NCBI GenBank assembly: GCA_951406725.2
Contig: OX597826.1
Location: 5,580,001 to 5,644,000 of the forward strand
Reading direction: 5' to 3'
Source: Octopus vulgaris
Lineage: Eukaryota
Length of the DNA stretch: 64,000 nt
Position 1 is the stretch's first letter. Each line of letters starts with the position of its first letter. The notes below the pieces were generated by a model. It saw only the letters and a program-made list of their open reading frames with translations, did not search any database and was not told the DNA's origin. Both the position numbers and the translations under genes were made by a program. Below, piece by piece: positions 11,411 to 26,739 of this stretch.

Positions 11411-11879
11411 GTGTGGCTATCACAGAATGGGTATGTACAATTACTATACTGGATCATTTATACATGTGGTCGCAAGACGAACATAAACACAATCTCGAGC
11501 AACGTTAAAATGAGAAGAATCTATATATTTACAATGTGTAAATGAATTTGTAAACAGTGAGGGACGAACATATTGTTAAACTATAAGATTTATTCATATT
11601 TAAAAAAGAAGAAAATGATGACACATGTAAATATTATAGAATAAACTTTTGAACCCACCATCAAACACATTCTTACAGCGAGCAAAATGGTGTTTGTCGC
11701 TGGCGCATTAGATATTTTGAGTTTTATTACTTGTTCTGTCGATAAAACGAAGTTCACTGCCCGTCTGTCTGAAATACATACTGAAATAATTACAGAATCC
11801 ATCTGATTCGTTTCTTTTTTAATCTATAAGTTGACAAGCATCAGCATTAGTTAGTACTGTTTAACTGATGTTTGGCCTA

Positions 11880-11941
11880 TTTTATATATATACATATATA
11901 TATATATGTATATATATATACAGGTACTTATTTATACATGT

Positions 11942-12032
<91 letters not shown>

Positions 12033-12059
12033 CATATAAATATACATATATATACATAC

Positions 12060-12130
<71 letters not shown>

Positions 12131-12140
12131 TATATAACCG
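11880..12140. repeat. (TA)n microsatellite with CA interruptions
   Basis: Seen directly. Confidence 0.95.
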
Positions 12141-12599
12141 AATATATACATGTATGCATATATATGTACACCATTTAGCATCATCCATATTAATGTATGT
12201 GTATATGTGAGTGCGTGTGCCTGTGTGTGTTTGTTCATATGTTATTGTGTATATGCACATACACAGAATATATATGTACATATTTCTTACTATTATTATA
12301 TGTAGTATATATATATATTTATAAATATTTAAGTTATATATATATATATATACATTTATGTCTGTTTGTGCCTGTGTGTGTGTCTGTATGTCTATAGATA
12401 TTTCCTATTGTTATACGTACATAAATGTATATTATGTATACACATTGAATCCGTGGATATCATTTTACGTCCGAATGTCTCATTCATCAAACAGGCATGA
12501 ACAAAAATCTCTGTTTGTGTAGAATGGAAATGTATAAAGAATGAGGATGTTGGAGAGTGATATACGTTAAATCAAATGAGTACAGCATCACTTCGAATA

Positions 12600-13060
12600 A
12601 AAAGCTTTAAGAAAACAAAAACGTACTTTAGAAAAGAAATTCATAGAGTTACAACAGTATGAGAAGAGGAATGTTATATAAAATATTCCAGAACTTGAAC
12701 ATAAATCTGATCTTATTGAGCAATTGTCCATTGTGTATATCTTTGTTCTTCTGTCCTTAGTATCTTTCGATACATTGGTTCTTGGCCAAATCCAGAAATT
12801 CGTGTACTTTTATACGAAAATGTATCCTTTACGGAAATATATTGTATTGATTTATGGATTTCTTAGCTATACTTTCTAATCCGTCTTAAATAATGATCCA
12901 ATGTTTTTAATATTCTCAATATTTCATAATATGACAGATGTAAACAAACTGAGATAGCTTCAACCTTTATGTTGATCCGGCTTAGATGTGAGATTCCCAT
13001 CAATATTTTACCTTCAAACTACTCACTTCTGAATATGCAAAATCCTATTTTATTTTCTCC
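12600..13060 (-). mobile_element. Possible very degenerate Dong/R4-like RT C-terminal fragment
   Basis: Minus-strand frame near 12730-12830 reads YTNFWIWPRTNVSKDTKDRRTKIYTMDNCSIRSD, loosely like the DRKTRKLLTM..H..D motif. Weak similarity, many stops. Confidence 0.3.
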
Positions 13061-13217
13061 TTTAATGAGAAACACGTATAAAGGATTTGTCAGCACCAAT
13101 AAATAATTTAATTTTAATTTAATAGGGTTTTCATGGTGTAAACCCATTTCAATGATATGCAGGACACTTAAGTACTTTTGAAGTTAACGTACATCATACG
13201 TTTTGAATATCATAAAT

Positions 13218-13615
13218 GTTTACTTGTTTCAGTTAATGGGCTAAAGTTTGGCTGCTGTACTTCGTTACAGGTTTTGTCGAACAAATCATCTCCAGTATTT
13301 ATTTAAAGTATAATATTTATTTCATTGAAGTTATTCTCGAAGCAATAAGTTATGACGACACAAGCAAACCATCATTGATTGGTGAGAGGTGGCGTGCATA
13401 CGAACACAAACAAAACAATACACACCAACACACACACACACCACATATTAATAAGTATATGCACACGATGCGCTTTTAATCAGTTCCATCTAACACATGC
13501 ACTGAAAAGTCATTGGTCGTTTCAGGAACACAGTACGAAACACTTGACCAGTATGCCGCATCGTGAGAAAACCCGAAACCATGTGTCTGCAAAGAAAAAT
13601 TATGAAGCGTACCAC
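13218..13615 (-). mobile_element. SINE type A, old degenerate copy
   Basis: Tail tttacttgtttcagtt...ttgtcgaacaaatc at 13220-13290, CA-rich middle, degenerate head ggtcgtttcagg...aaacacttgaccag...cccgaaaccatgtg at 13510-13600. Confidence 0.55.
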
Positions 13616-13934
13616 AAGAATATAACTTCACTTATTATACAAAATATATTCAAAATATAACTCCTTATAGACACAAGCACGAATATTTCTTTTAAATTAA
13701 TCATTCCAGAGATGAGACAGAAGACCACACTGAAGATAATGTTCAATAATTAACTATACAACATACATTATAGAATGAAGGAGGACAAAACATTTTTAAA
13801 GGAAAAATCAGAGACAGAAAGAGTTATATGAGTTACTGGAATTTCACGCATGGCTTGTGTTGAGAAATAGCGTCGTACATTCTAAGACATTGATATGGTA
13901 TCAAGTCCACTAAAAAATGAAGTCAGTGTAATGA
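13609..13934 (+). repeat. Duplication copy 2 (of 9027-9326) joined to a copy of 8777-8803
   Basis: 13609-13910 matches 9027-9326; 13907-13934 ccactaaaaaatgaagtcagtgtaatga matches 8777-8803 ccactaaaaatgacgtcagtgtaatga. Confidence 0.9.
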
Positions 13935-14744
13935 CCTGCGCCTAATTTGATAATTCAGTCCATTGTAACTGTATGTAAATACCTGTGGCTTTGCGATGAA
14001 GCTTGATCTTTAAGGCATTTGTTACGATTGTGGGATTCAATAATCTACCTCTTGTTGTCTTCATCTAACAATTTTCCAAAGTTTGTTACAGGAACTTTCC
14101 AAAAGTGGAAACATTTCACCACTTATTTTATGTTAAATATTATAATTAGGAATTAGATTTTATATTTACGTTAAATTCCTTCAAAATTATACAGACGCTG
14201 TAAAAAGAAGCGGTTGCTTTGGTCCCTACCCTTTTAAACATGATGTTTTATTTAAACTGTAATTTACAAAATCCCTACAAACTAGTGGTCCACTCTGTTA
14301 CTACTTTTAAGTTAATAAACCAACGAGTCACATTTGTATAAACACGTTGGTGCTGCTCTGTTTCCGAAACCAAAATGTTTAACACTCAACCGCCCATATT
14401 TACTTTCTGTAAATAAAATTTGCTTCAAAGTGCTATGAAACCCGAACTGAGATCATCTGAAGCAGTGGATAACTGACAAGCGTTTCAGTGGTTTGTGGTT
14501 CGCAGTTAAAAGAAAAACTTGCGTGAAAATATTCACGTGGGAGTCTCTATTTCAAAGATTCAACACATCTATAACCACAACTAATCATTGATTCGTTGGA
14601 ATTCTGACACATGAAATGCTATACTTCTTATATCTTTTCCTTCGGTCTCTTTCTTTTGTGTCTGATCGTATACACATAAACACACAGAGACATAAATATT
14701 CATACATACACATATGTACGCAGCAAAAAATAGATGATGTGCGT

Positions 14745-15211
<467 letters not shown>

Positions 15212-15856
15212 TATCTATATATCTAGAGCAGTTATTCACCATTTCGTACTCACTGTCAGCAGCTTCAAATCTAGCAAAAGAGATACCTTATACGATAGAC
15301 TTTGCGGTCAACCTGCTAGAAATAGTGGTTAAATTAGCACTCTCAGTTCTCATCTAACCGAGTGAATATAAACACAATTAAACACAAGTTGGATGAGATG
15401 CTCTCATTTCGGTTATCGAGCTAAAAGTGAGGATAGCATAGCTACAATGTCCATTTATAGGACTGCTCGATTAAGAATTGACCACAAGCTACTAAAATGT
15501 GACAATAATTACATTAAATTATAATAACGTTCCAGCAGATGTTCTTTGTTATTCGACCAGAAACAATATACAATGTTCCGCATCCATGACTTTTCTCTAA
15601 TGGTGACCTTTCATTTGACATTTTGGCATATTCTTTATCCTTGTATTTTATTGTGTAATTTTATTGAGGAATAAATTTGGCATCTATCATTATATATAAA
15701 TCGAAATAACTGTTTGTGATATTTCTTATAGAACGAAACTGGTCATTGATCATGTGACCAGTTCGAACTAAATGTATCTTGACACATTTTTTTATACAGT
15801 TTTGTGTCAGATATAAGAGAAAACGTATACGTTTCCTCTCTTAAAACTGAGAGAGT

Positions 15857-15898
<42 letters not shown>

Positions 15899-16504
15899 AT
15901 GAGTGAGAGAGAGAGAGGTGGGGGAGAAACACAGTATGCCTTCAGCATCAATTTATGGATATATTTATTGTAGTTTATCATTGGTGATCAGGCTGTAAAC
16001 TTCAGAGGAACAAGAGGCCAAACCAATAAATTGTTCTAAACTTTGATTTTTAATATCAAGACAAAATCGGGGAAAACCTGAGAAGGAGAAAAAAATAAAA
16101 TATATTTTAGAATATTTCGATTGAGTTATTACTCGAATATTCATTCTCTGATCTATACATACATTTGAATAAAGGATCAAATGTTAACATAACGAAATAA
16201 AAATAAAAGAATGGTAAGCATTTGAAATATGGGAATACATTTGTTTAATCAACTGTTAATGTTTGAAAGCTGATATATTTGGTCGGATTGACCTTTTGCA
16301 GTTCAGAACCTTTCGCACCGATCCATTAATAAATAAATCGTTAGCCTATAACGAAGTCATGACAAGTTAAGAATGAACTGGCGATAACTGAAACCAGATA
16401 CACGTGAAAATATTACGTCTGATATTCACGTATGGAGACGCACAGACAAAGAAATCAAATATAAATGCACAAACACAAATACGCAACACAATCACAGAAG
16501 CATA

Positions 16505-16509
16505 CATGA

Positions 16510-16547
<38 letters not shown>

Positions 16548-16639
16548 ATACATACACACACACACTCATATATATATATATACATACAAACACACACACA
16601 TATATATATATACATACATACACACACACACACACGTAT

Positions 16640-16670
<31 letters not shown>

Positions 16671-16850
16671 CATACAAACACACACACATGCATATATAAA
16701 TACATACATACACACATATATATATATACATACATACAAACACACACACACATATATATATATACATGCATACATACAAACACACATATATATATATATA
16801 TATATATACATACATACAAACACACACACATACATATATACATATGTGTG
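16505..16850. repeat. Complex TA/CA/CATA microsatellite
   Basis: Seen directly. Confidence 0.9.
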
Positions 16851-17670
16851 TACGTATGTCTATGGAAATATATAAATATAATCGTACGTTTGTATATGTA
16901 TACACATAACGGTAGTGCTCCAGTATGACTGAAACAAGTAGAATGAAAGAACATCTTAGCACACACACACAAACACACATGCATATGTGTATTCATACAT
17001 TTATAGATTTGGATGGAAACGCACACACACGCACGAGTGTACGCATTAATGTCTGCGTGAGTGTATGTGCGTGTGTGTGCCTCTACGTTTATGATATGAG
17101 AATAAAATTCAGAACCAGACTTTGCGATATTTTCATGTCCTTTTTTTCCCCTTTATTTTCCAATTCCTATTTTGCGAATCGTAGGTAAGATAAGATTGTA
17201 TCTTTTGTACAAGAATGATGAATTAATAATTGCCCATACTTTTATTCATGTAATTCCCCGTGGACAATTCATTGTCATTTTTTTTTTTTGCTGTGCTTCT
17301 GTGATTCTTGAAACCTTTCACCACCGCCACAGTTTCGTCAAAGAGTAACTGCATAACAACCTGGTTTCTATTGGAGCAGCAAGCATAAATAAGTAACATG
17401 TCAGCAACGTCAACAGATTCCTCTTGCAAATGAATCTATCGTTGCATGCAACATGGAGTTGGTTTTGCTAAAAATGAGTCACTGATATCACTATTTCAGA
17501 TTTTCTTGGAGTTGTTTATAAGTTTAGAACATGCTCATCAGCAAGGACTATGCCATTCATTCGCAATGCAACGACAAAATCAGACAGATACATAATTAGT
17601 CACGTGCAAAAATACAGAAATACAAGTGCATGCGCACATACACACAAACACAAACACATACATATATATA

Positions 17671-17952
17671 TGCAATGGCCCAGTGGTTAGGGCAGCTGAC
17701 TCGCGGTCGGAGGATCGCGGTTTGTGTGTTTATTGACCGAAAACACCTAAAGATCCACGAGTCACTGGCCATGGTATGGTAGGTGGCGACCCTTATTGTA
17801 CTCTTTCACCCCAAATTTCTCTCACTCTTTCTTCTTGTCTCTTGAGTAACAGTGCGATGGAATGGTATCTCATCCAGCTGCGGGTAACGCATACGCCAAA
17901 GAAACCGGGAAACCGGGCCCATGAGCCTAGCTAGGCTTGAAAAGGGCACATA
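17671..17952 (+). mobile_element. tRNA-derived SINE, body B plus tail 1 (B-box region deleted)
   Basis: gcaatggcccagtggttagggcagc...aacacctaaagatccacg...gaaaccgggcccatgagcctagctaggcttgaaaagggcaca; inverted relative to 14905-15211. Confidence 0.9.
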
Positions 17953-18056
17953 CACACACATACACACAAATACACACATATACATACATATTGACATTAA
18001 TATTTTCTGAAACAGTAGATTTCCAAGAAGTGAGAGCCATAAATAGAGCGTTTATA

Positions 18057-18451
18057 TCTTAATATATAAAAGTGAGGTTGTGTGAGTGTCTGTCTCCTAC
18101 GATTTAGATTCCTAACTACTCCCACATTTTTCGGTGCAGTTTAACCAAAACCGGGTATCTTATAGTCGTGATTCATATCGAGCCCTTCTGCGTATTAGCG
18201 CGCGTCTACGATGAGTCTCCGATTTAAAAAAAAATTACCATCAATTTTTCCCATTTTTAATGCATTTTTGGCATATATAAGGGAAGTAACTCTCTAAAAA
18301 ATTATTATTAAATCTCAGAACGTAAAAAGCTACAGTAACACCCCCCTTTGTGGTTAGCCTTATTGAGATGGCTATTATACTTTACACCTCTAAAAATGCT
18401 TATATAGTTATTTCCCTTACAAATCCGAGCAACGCCGGGCGATTCTGCTAG
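18057..18451 (+). mobile_element. Non-autonomous Helitron (395 bp)
   Basis: 5' TC at 18057 (a|TCttaatatataaaagtg), 3' CTAG at 18448-18451 followed by T (A|T target, no TSD), and a subterminal GC hairpin ccgagcaacgccgg at 18425-18438 ending 9 nt before CTAG. Confidence 0.85.
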
Positions 18452-18744
18452 TATTGCATAAAAGTGCTTTTGGATAGTAAGTATCGAAGATGGCCCCGTC
18501 GTGTTATATTCAAAATAAAACGATGGTATTTTGAATATTTTCTCCTTGTCTTCGACTTGTAAGGAAATGTTTACACTGTGAAATATATGTACACTTATAA
18601 TACCAACGAAGTGATAGATTGTAATTGCTGTAAGATTCTTACTATACTAAGAAAAAATCATCAAAAATTAAGTAGTTTCGTTCAAGTATGTTTATACATC
18701 AATTTAAAATAAAATAAAATAAATGTTTCTTAATGGCATTTACG

Positions 18745-18915
<171 letters not shown>

Positions 18916-19586
18916 GTTTGCGGGGTTGGGTTGTGTGTCTGTATAATCTATATTTTTTTGTCTCCATTATCGTCTGACGAATTATGTGGAAGATTTTCTA
19001 AACTTTGGCGCCTTAAGGAAAAAGAGAAATAATAGAGTGTATTATTGTAAATAAAGACAAATATGTGTTTAGTGTTTGGAGTCGATACTGACGTAAACAA
19101 ATAATCAAACTAAAACATACAGAGTCGGAGATTTAAACGAAGTTTTAAGTAGAATCAAGTAATAATGAATTTTGCTTCTTTTTAAACATTGATAGATTTT
19201 TAAAAGAAACGAATCACAGACCATAAATTTCGAAAATCAAAATGAAGTGCATTTTATTTCTGAATTTTAGATATTGTAGATTGCAGACACAACATGAAAT
19301 ATATTTTGTCTTCTTATTTTTTTATTTCCATTCTTCATTCAGATCAAACATTTCGGGTTTTCAATATCAGTATTCGCGTATCCAATGCACTACGTAACAA
19401 TCCAATACGCTACGTAGGAATATTCCTTGTGTATACTAAATACTATAGTCTTGTGTAGAACCCTTCTAAATATCAATGAAAAAAATTCCCATCAAGCAAC
19501 TAAAATATGACCTATCAAAATCTGGTTTTCTTTAGTAGAAATATCAAAGGCATAATTCTCTTTAACGTAGTTAATTTTATTTCAAA

Positions 19587-19833
19587 GTTCCTTCTCGAGC
19601 CATGGCAGGCTCATAAGGGCCGGTTTCCCAGTTTCAGTGGTGTAGAAATTCCCCACCTGGACGGGACGCCGGTCCGTCGCAAGATTACTCTTCTTTGCCA
19701 GCTGAGTAAACTTGATCAACGTGAACTGACGTGTTTTGCTCAAGAACACAACGCATCGCCCGGTCCAGGAATCGAAACCACAACCATACGCTCATGAGCT
19801 CAACACCCTAACCACTAAGCCACGCGCCTCCAC
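19587..19833 (-). mobile_element. tRNA-derived SINE, body C plus tail 2, full length
   Basis: Minus strand gtggaggcgcgTGGCTTAGTGGttaggg...GGTTTCGATTCC...gttcttgagcaaaacacgtcagttcacgttg...ggcccttatgagcctgccatggctcgagaaggaac. Confidence 0.9.
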
Positions 19834-20013
19834 TTAACGTGAATAACTTCATACACGAAGAAAGTTGACAGCTTACAAACTGAAAGCTATAAATCAGTAA
19901 TGATGATGTATGTGATTTACTGTATTTCAATGATACAGTTTGTAGGAGATAACACATCCAGTACTGGAGCCTGAGTATCATTTTATAAAATAATTGTTTA
20001 ATAAAAAAATATC

Positions 20014-20470
20014 ATGGAAGATGGCAGAATCCCCAAGGACATACTCTACAGAGAGCTTGCTAAGGGCACTAGGTCTGTGGGAAGACCGTTCTTACGATAC
20101 AAGGATGTTTGCAAAAGGGACATGAAGGCCTGCAACATCAATATTAGCGGTTGGGAGGCAGTTGCCAGCAACCGTGGAGAATGGCGACGTACCGTAAAAG
20201 AGGGAATACAAAGGAGTGACATAGAAAGAGAGGAGAAATGGAAAGACAAAAAAATACGTCAACAAGAAACTATGACATTACAACCATCCAGGAACAGTCT
20301 TCGCTACATTTGCAGCACTTGCCAGAGAGAGTGTTTGTCCAGGATAGGACTACAGAGCCACAGCAAGAAATGTATCAGGACATGACATGTAAAAGCCGGA
20401 CTAGATTATGTTATGCGCAACTCCATTGTCTCCCGACACAAAAAAGATGCCAACAACAATAACAATCATC
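20014..20470 (+). mobile_element. RTE-clade LINE, 5'-truncated 3' end
   Basis: ORF 20014..20385 MEDGRIPKDILYRELAKGTRSVGRPFLRYKDVCKRDMKAC...W...A..R..WR...CSTCQRECLSRIGLQSHSKKC is typical of the RTE ORF C-terminus with terminal Zn-finger-like motif; (CAA)n-like tail at 20451-20468. Confidence 0.9.
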
Positions 20471-22634
20471 ACTAAACCATTAGCTATATATTTACCGAAC
20501 AATACTTAACATTTTAAAGATCGCATGCATTTGTAGGATACTAAGATTATAGTAATCGTTGCAATTTAATAGTGTTCACGAGACTCATTCAAATTAAAAA
20601 GGAATTAAAAGAAAGTGATTATATCTGATAAAACATTTAAGAACAATATATATTGATGAATTTATTTATTTGGCATTTCTTGTTATTTTTCAACGGCCAT
20701 GAATGTTGAAACGATGCGAAATCAAGAACTGTTGTTTAAGGGTAAAACAAAAATGCCTGAATTTGAAAAAAAAAATCGATACTCTATTTAACAATGAGAG
20801 TAGCATAAGTAAAGTACCCCCGAGAGGAAAATGCCTAAAGAAAGATATGAATTTAAAAAATTAATGGAAAATTTCCTACTGACGAACAGAAGTATAGGTT
20901 TGTGTGGGCTGTGTGGATTTGTTCACTTTCATAAGTCCTCAACGGAGAATTATAAACTAACATGTTCAGAACTGGATTTAAAAGGATTTGAGAAGATATA
21001 GCTCTATGACTAAATCCTTTAATTATTAAGGAATTTTAAGTCATTGTAATTGGGAATCGCTCGAGAGTCCCCCCACCCTGTTTGAACGTCATGTTAGGTT
21101 GCCACTGATATATAACACTATGAACATATGCTAGCTGCGAAAAGATCCTGCACTCTAAATCATGTTGAAAGCTAGCCCCTAATAATGACATCTACAGGTC
21201 GGCATGGTATGTCTCGTGGGAAGTGTGAGTCACTGCCGCAGTTTGTTTTAAAACACAGCAGTATTTAGAGAGCATTAACGCTAAGGATTTGAACACAGGA
21301 ATTAATTTTCCTTATATTCAGCTAATCATGGGTTGTTAAAGAAATATATTTTATACTCTTTACCACAGCAGTTTTAACTGGCCAAACAAAAAGAAAGAAA
21401 TCCGTTTTCCGTTTGATAGAATGTATTGACATTATATTTCACACTATATATATCTTATACTCTGTTTTCTTTCAATTATACACACACGTGCGCACACACA
21501 CTACGCGCAAACACAAACCCACATGAGCATATGTATCTGTGTATGTGTTTGTGCGCGTGTGTGTATGTGTTTATTTTGTATTCATAAAATATATGGATCA
21601 TAGAACATATATGAAGTTTTTGTCAATAACTCTCAAAAATTACACACACATCCACGTAATTATGTTGTGCGAGTGTATAAAAATACCAATACGAACTTCG
21701 TATATACGCTCAAACAGAAAAAAGAATCACACACGATTATACACATACAAAAATGCATGAAGGGTTGCTTATACTTTATTGATATGCGAAATCTGGAATA
21801 TTTGAAGTTGAAAATGCGATATATACACATATATAGACACACATAAGAAAAATATATCAAATAATTATATGTGCTTCAGTTTATGTAAATGTGTGCTTTT
21901 TTTTATTGTGCCTCTGTTTATGTAAATGTGTGCACATGGGCATGTGTATGCGATGTGTATATTTCTGTGGTTGTATAAACTATATCGCAATGGAGGATCA
22001 AATCAATGAAAATATTCTTCAGAATGAAAAAAAAAAAATAAAATAATGACAAACATCAGAATAAATATAAAGTAAAGATAGGATTTTCATCCCCTCAGTC
22101 CTCACACCAACCCCGCCAATTCTCAGTCTTATACATCACTGATTTAGAGTATTTAAAAATAATATTGACGAGCAAAATTTCTCAATATATCAACATCAAC
22201 TGACTGTTGCAATGATTTGAAGTGGTATGGTGGAGGTGTTGGTTTAGCTTGTGGATATAGTAGCTCTTTTATAACGTAGGTGACCGTAAACAGAGAACGT
22301 TTACTATAGGTTTAATGTAGTATACATTATGAGTTTTATCATTTTATTCACGTGAAAATCTTGCAAAATGCTGATCACTGAAGTGTACTAAAGATTTCTG
22401 CTTATACTTCGTTCTTTCATTTGTATTCACCCCTCCCTTTCTCATGTTCTAATGCGCATACCTACATATACACACATGCACGGCGAACAAACACACACAC
22501 ATACGTATATACATTAATACGTACTATATATATATTTATATATATACATATATAACTTTATATACATATATATGTGTGTGTATGTGTACGTATGTCTATT
22601 ATATTCTCACATATTCCTTCTTCCGTCTTTCACT

Positions 22635-22676
<42 letters not shown>

Positions 22677-22838
22677 TATATATAGGGCCACTCAAAAACA
22701 CTCATGTTCTCTCATGTTTATATCTACCTCCAAATTTATGGATATATGTATCATTTTATGCCGTATGCATATATGCTATATATATATATATATATACATA
22801 TATATACGTCATATATAGGTGCATTGTTAAATACATCC

Positions 22839-22880
<42 letters not shown>

Positions 22881-23554
22881 ATATATATATTCATACATAT
22901 ATACAAAGATATACACATACATACATACGAACATACATACATACATGCTTACATCTCGGTAGATGCATATGAGCTTTTATTTATATTTAAAGATATGTGC
23001 GTTTGCATGCGAGAGTATATGGTGCGTGCATATGTGTTCATCGGACTCTAACATTTGAGATATCCAAATAAATGATCTTGGGAGTATACAATTGTCTGCT
23101 ATGGTATCGGAGTGTCGAGATATTTGTGCTTTTTATTTTGTATTTTTGCGCGTCTTATTACTTTTCCCTGTCATTTTTTTGTTATTCCTTCTTGGTCTGG
23201 ATAAATCGGTCTGGAAAAAGTGGGACGTGATATGGCTGTTTGTATATGAACCTAGTGATATTTTTTTTTCCTTACGCGTTTTTTATATTGTTTCAAACAG
23301 TTTTGCAATGGCCAGAGTAAATACTGACATTTATCCGAATATCATCAATATCAACGTATCGAAATGACGCTAAATTTTATCAAATACTTAGAAATACGAC
23401 CGCTGCATCCATCATTTCCTGCAGGCGAAATAAAATATTTTGTTGAATGTTTTATGAAACCAGTTTGTATTTCACATTTTTATGTTTTATTTTGTTTATT
23501 TTTTTGTATACATTTGTTTATATTTTTTGTATACTGTATCACAAACTGATTCAT

Positions 23555-23680
23555 TGCTGTTGTTGTTATTGATATCATTACAATTATTGTTATTATTATT
23601 GTTACCACTTCCAACACCACCGATTCAACCACCACCACCACCACCACCACCACCATTACCACCACCACCACCACCATCAC

Positions 23681-23713
<33 letters not shown>

Positions 23714-23722
23714 TCCTATTAT
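23555..23722. repeat. Drifting trinucleotide tract TGT/TAT to CAC to CAT
   Basis: Seen directly. Confidence 0.9.
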
Positions 23723-24479
23723 TATAATTTGTTTTGATGCATAAATATTTCTTTCGAGATAATATGGCGAACATTTGGGTTTTGCTAAGATTTATTTGAT
23801 GATGAGCAAATGTCTGTTTTTTTTTTTTTGGTGGTGGTGGTGGTGATGGGGAACTTAAGGAGGCATGTTTTCTGGAACTTTTGTACGTCTACCTCCTTAA
23901 CTGAGAGTAAAGAAATATCTGTTGCATATTGGTAATATTTGGATACATGGTGAACAGTATGAAGAGATTAAAATAAGGGAAAGATAATCCGGAAATATGA
24001 CAACGGACAACTGAGCAGAAACAATTACAAAGATACACCTTATCGCTGTTGAAGACTGAATGGCAATATTTATTAATAAATGAATACATATATGCAAACC
24101 TACTCCTGACATACACATACGGCAAAAACTTGGCTTCGAAAGTGAATGTAATGTATAAAGTGTTTCCTAGCTGAACAAAAGCGTTGGCGGTAAATGTGAT
24201 CGACGAAAAGACTATCGGAGAGCTGTTTTATAAGAGTCGTTACTCTTTATACAAATTGTAGATACTGAGACAGCCATTGACGAATATGATATTTCTCTGT
24301 CTTGTGAAATGAATAAATAATAAGCAGAAAATAAGTAAATAAGTAAATAAATAAGTAGAAAGTATTTGCGGCATATTTAGCCACGAAAATGTATTAAAAG
24401 ATATCGTAGCGATTGACCTTCAACGTATTCTATCAACCGAAAGTCGGTACATAAAAGCGCATATTTGTTTCATGAAGGC

Positions 24480-25230
24480 TGAGGAAATGCAGAGAAGACA
24501 AAATTCGCGAACCATGTACGTGTTTTATCTATACTCAGGTGTTACAAGTTACATGACGAGAGAACACAAGGACCAGAAATAAGGCTATTAATGGTGTTCT
24601 TGTCCCTTAACTCATCATCAGTAAGAGAAGGTGGCGAACGTCAAATAACAATATCGTGTTGGGTGTATGGGCATGTAAATATTGTGAAGTTATTTCGAGA
24701 TGTGTTCCGATTTCGCGACAAAATGCCACTCGTTGTGAATGGAGATACATGAGAAGGACATGAAACATTCATACAACTACCTGTGAGAAGTAAATTCCTT
24801 CTCCAGAGATGGGCTGGAAAACAGAGGAAAACAAACAGCGGTTCGTAACTTACAACAATAGCAAGGCCTGGAATAGGCGTTTACCACATTATCAAGGGCC
24901 TTAGTATAGTGGAAAGTTGACACCCACCTGGTAGCCAGACTTTGTACTATCAGTAAATCCTACCGCTAACCCTGCAACAATGTGTAGGAAATCAAATTTT
25001 AAGAAGAATGTCTATCCGGCGAAAATAGCTTCCAAAGGCGTCACAAAAAGGCGATAACAACAAGCTGTAAAATGGCCTCCAAATTGCAAACGCATATGAT
25101 TCTAGATGAAAATCTCGCCTCAACACGAGAACCATGAGATTAGTAGCTGCTTGAATTGACAAAGAAAACTTGATAGATTAAGTAATCGACTTGTATTATT
25201 CAGGGAATGGTTTGTTGATTGAAGAGGATA
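24480..25230 (+). mobile_element. Possible degenerate Ty3/Gypsy integrase relic
   Basis: Broken frames give AINGVL...GHVNIVKL, then W...M...TTCEK, AWNRRLPHYQGP*YSG and YPAKIASKG. These are in the order of the GHPGI.KMK / WWP / C..C / PW.R.H.D..GP / P..IVSDNG integrase motifs. Similarity is weak, with many stops. Confidence 0.35.
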
Positions 25231-25532
25231 TGGGATGTGATTTATGTTAAGATCCTGAAACTAGGAATCACAAATAATATCAAAATAAGCATCAATCGAA
25301 TTTCATAGTGAGTGTTGCTGGATTCTATTCTAATGTAACACAGAGAATGACTACAAGTGTATTTCATGAGTGCATGAAATAATATGAAGGGGGAAATTAG
25401 AGAGCCTTGGTGCTTGCTGAATATGACTGCGGGGGAGATTCGTAGTTGTGTGTTATTCGGCTGTTTCATTAAAATTTTCTTTATATTAATTTTTTTCATA
25501 TAACAAAAAAAAAGTGATCTGAAAGTTTACCT

Positions 25533-25810
<278 letters not shown>

Positions 25811-25899
25811 TAATTTATATTGAAATACTCCCAAATATATATGTATGGATATACCCGTTTCTTTTTCCTTCTCTCTCTCTTCCTATATATATGTCAATA

Positions 25900-25931
<32 letters not shown>

Positions 25932-26525
25932 CATATATATATATATACACTTATATACACTTATGAACACATGTATAACAGCTTGGATGTGCATTAAACA
26001 TTCTCAAGAAATAATTTTAATAAAGAGAAACTCTTAATTGCCATCGCTAGGATACGCTGATAGGACGTTGTAAATACCGCAATCACTGAAGATTCTCATA
26101 AACATAGATTCAGCTAGACGTTTATAATTCTGTATTCATGCTTGGTGAGTTGGGAGCAGTTTATCAGATCTAACTTGAAAAATCTTCACACACACTAAAC
26201 ATTTCAATACTGATGCAAAATATTATCATGATGGCAGTTTACTAAAGAGGTATTTAAAGTTTCACAATCTCGCTATCTCACACTTTCTGCATATACGTGT
26301 CTGTGTGAGAAGTTTTCTGTATGACTGGGTATAGGTTTCAGTGTGTGTGTGTGTGTGTGTTTGCGTGCCTTTGTGAGTGTACGCTTGTATGTGGGCGCAC
26401 GTTTTTATCTAAGTATTTCATGTTTCGTTGCTGTTTATCGCAGTTCTCTCATAGCGCTATTTCTCATTTTCCCTTATGAAGTTTTATCAATTTACTTTTA
26501 ACTCTGAAATGTATCGGCTATCCTA

Positions 26526-26527
<2 letters not shown>

Positions 26528-26562
<35 letters not shown>

Positions 26563-26654
26563 CTCTCTCCCATTTATTTTTCCCCTTTTTCTATCTATCT
26601 ATTTATCTATCTAACTATCTATTTATTTATCTACCCATCTATCAGTCTATCTAT

Positions 26655-26739
<85 letters not shown>

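Noticed and set aside
11590-11802. 70-aa minus-strand ORF and nearby splice-like signals
   Set aside because: No recognisable domain; alternative frames on both strands are similarly plausible, so no exon can be supported.
17223-17476. 68-aa minus-strand ORF in non-repetitive sequence
   Set aside because: No recognisable motif and no consistent in-frame acceptor/donor pair.
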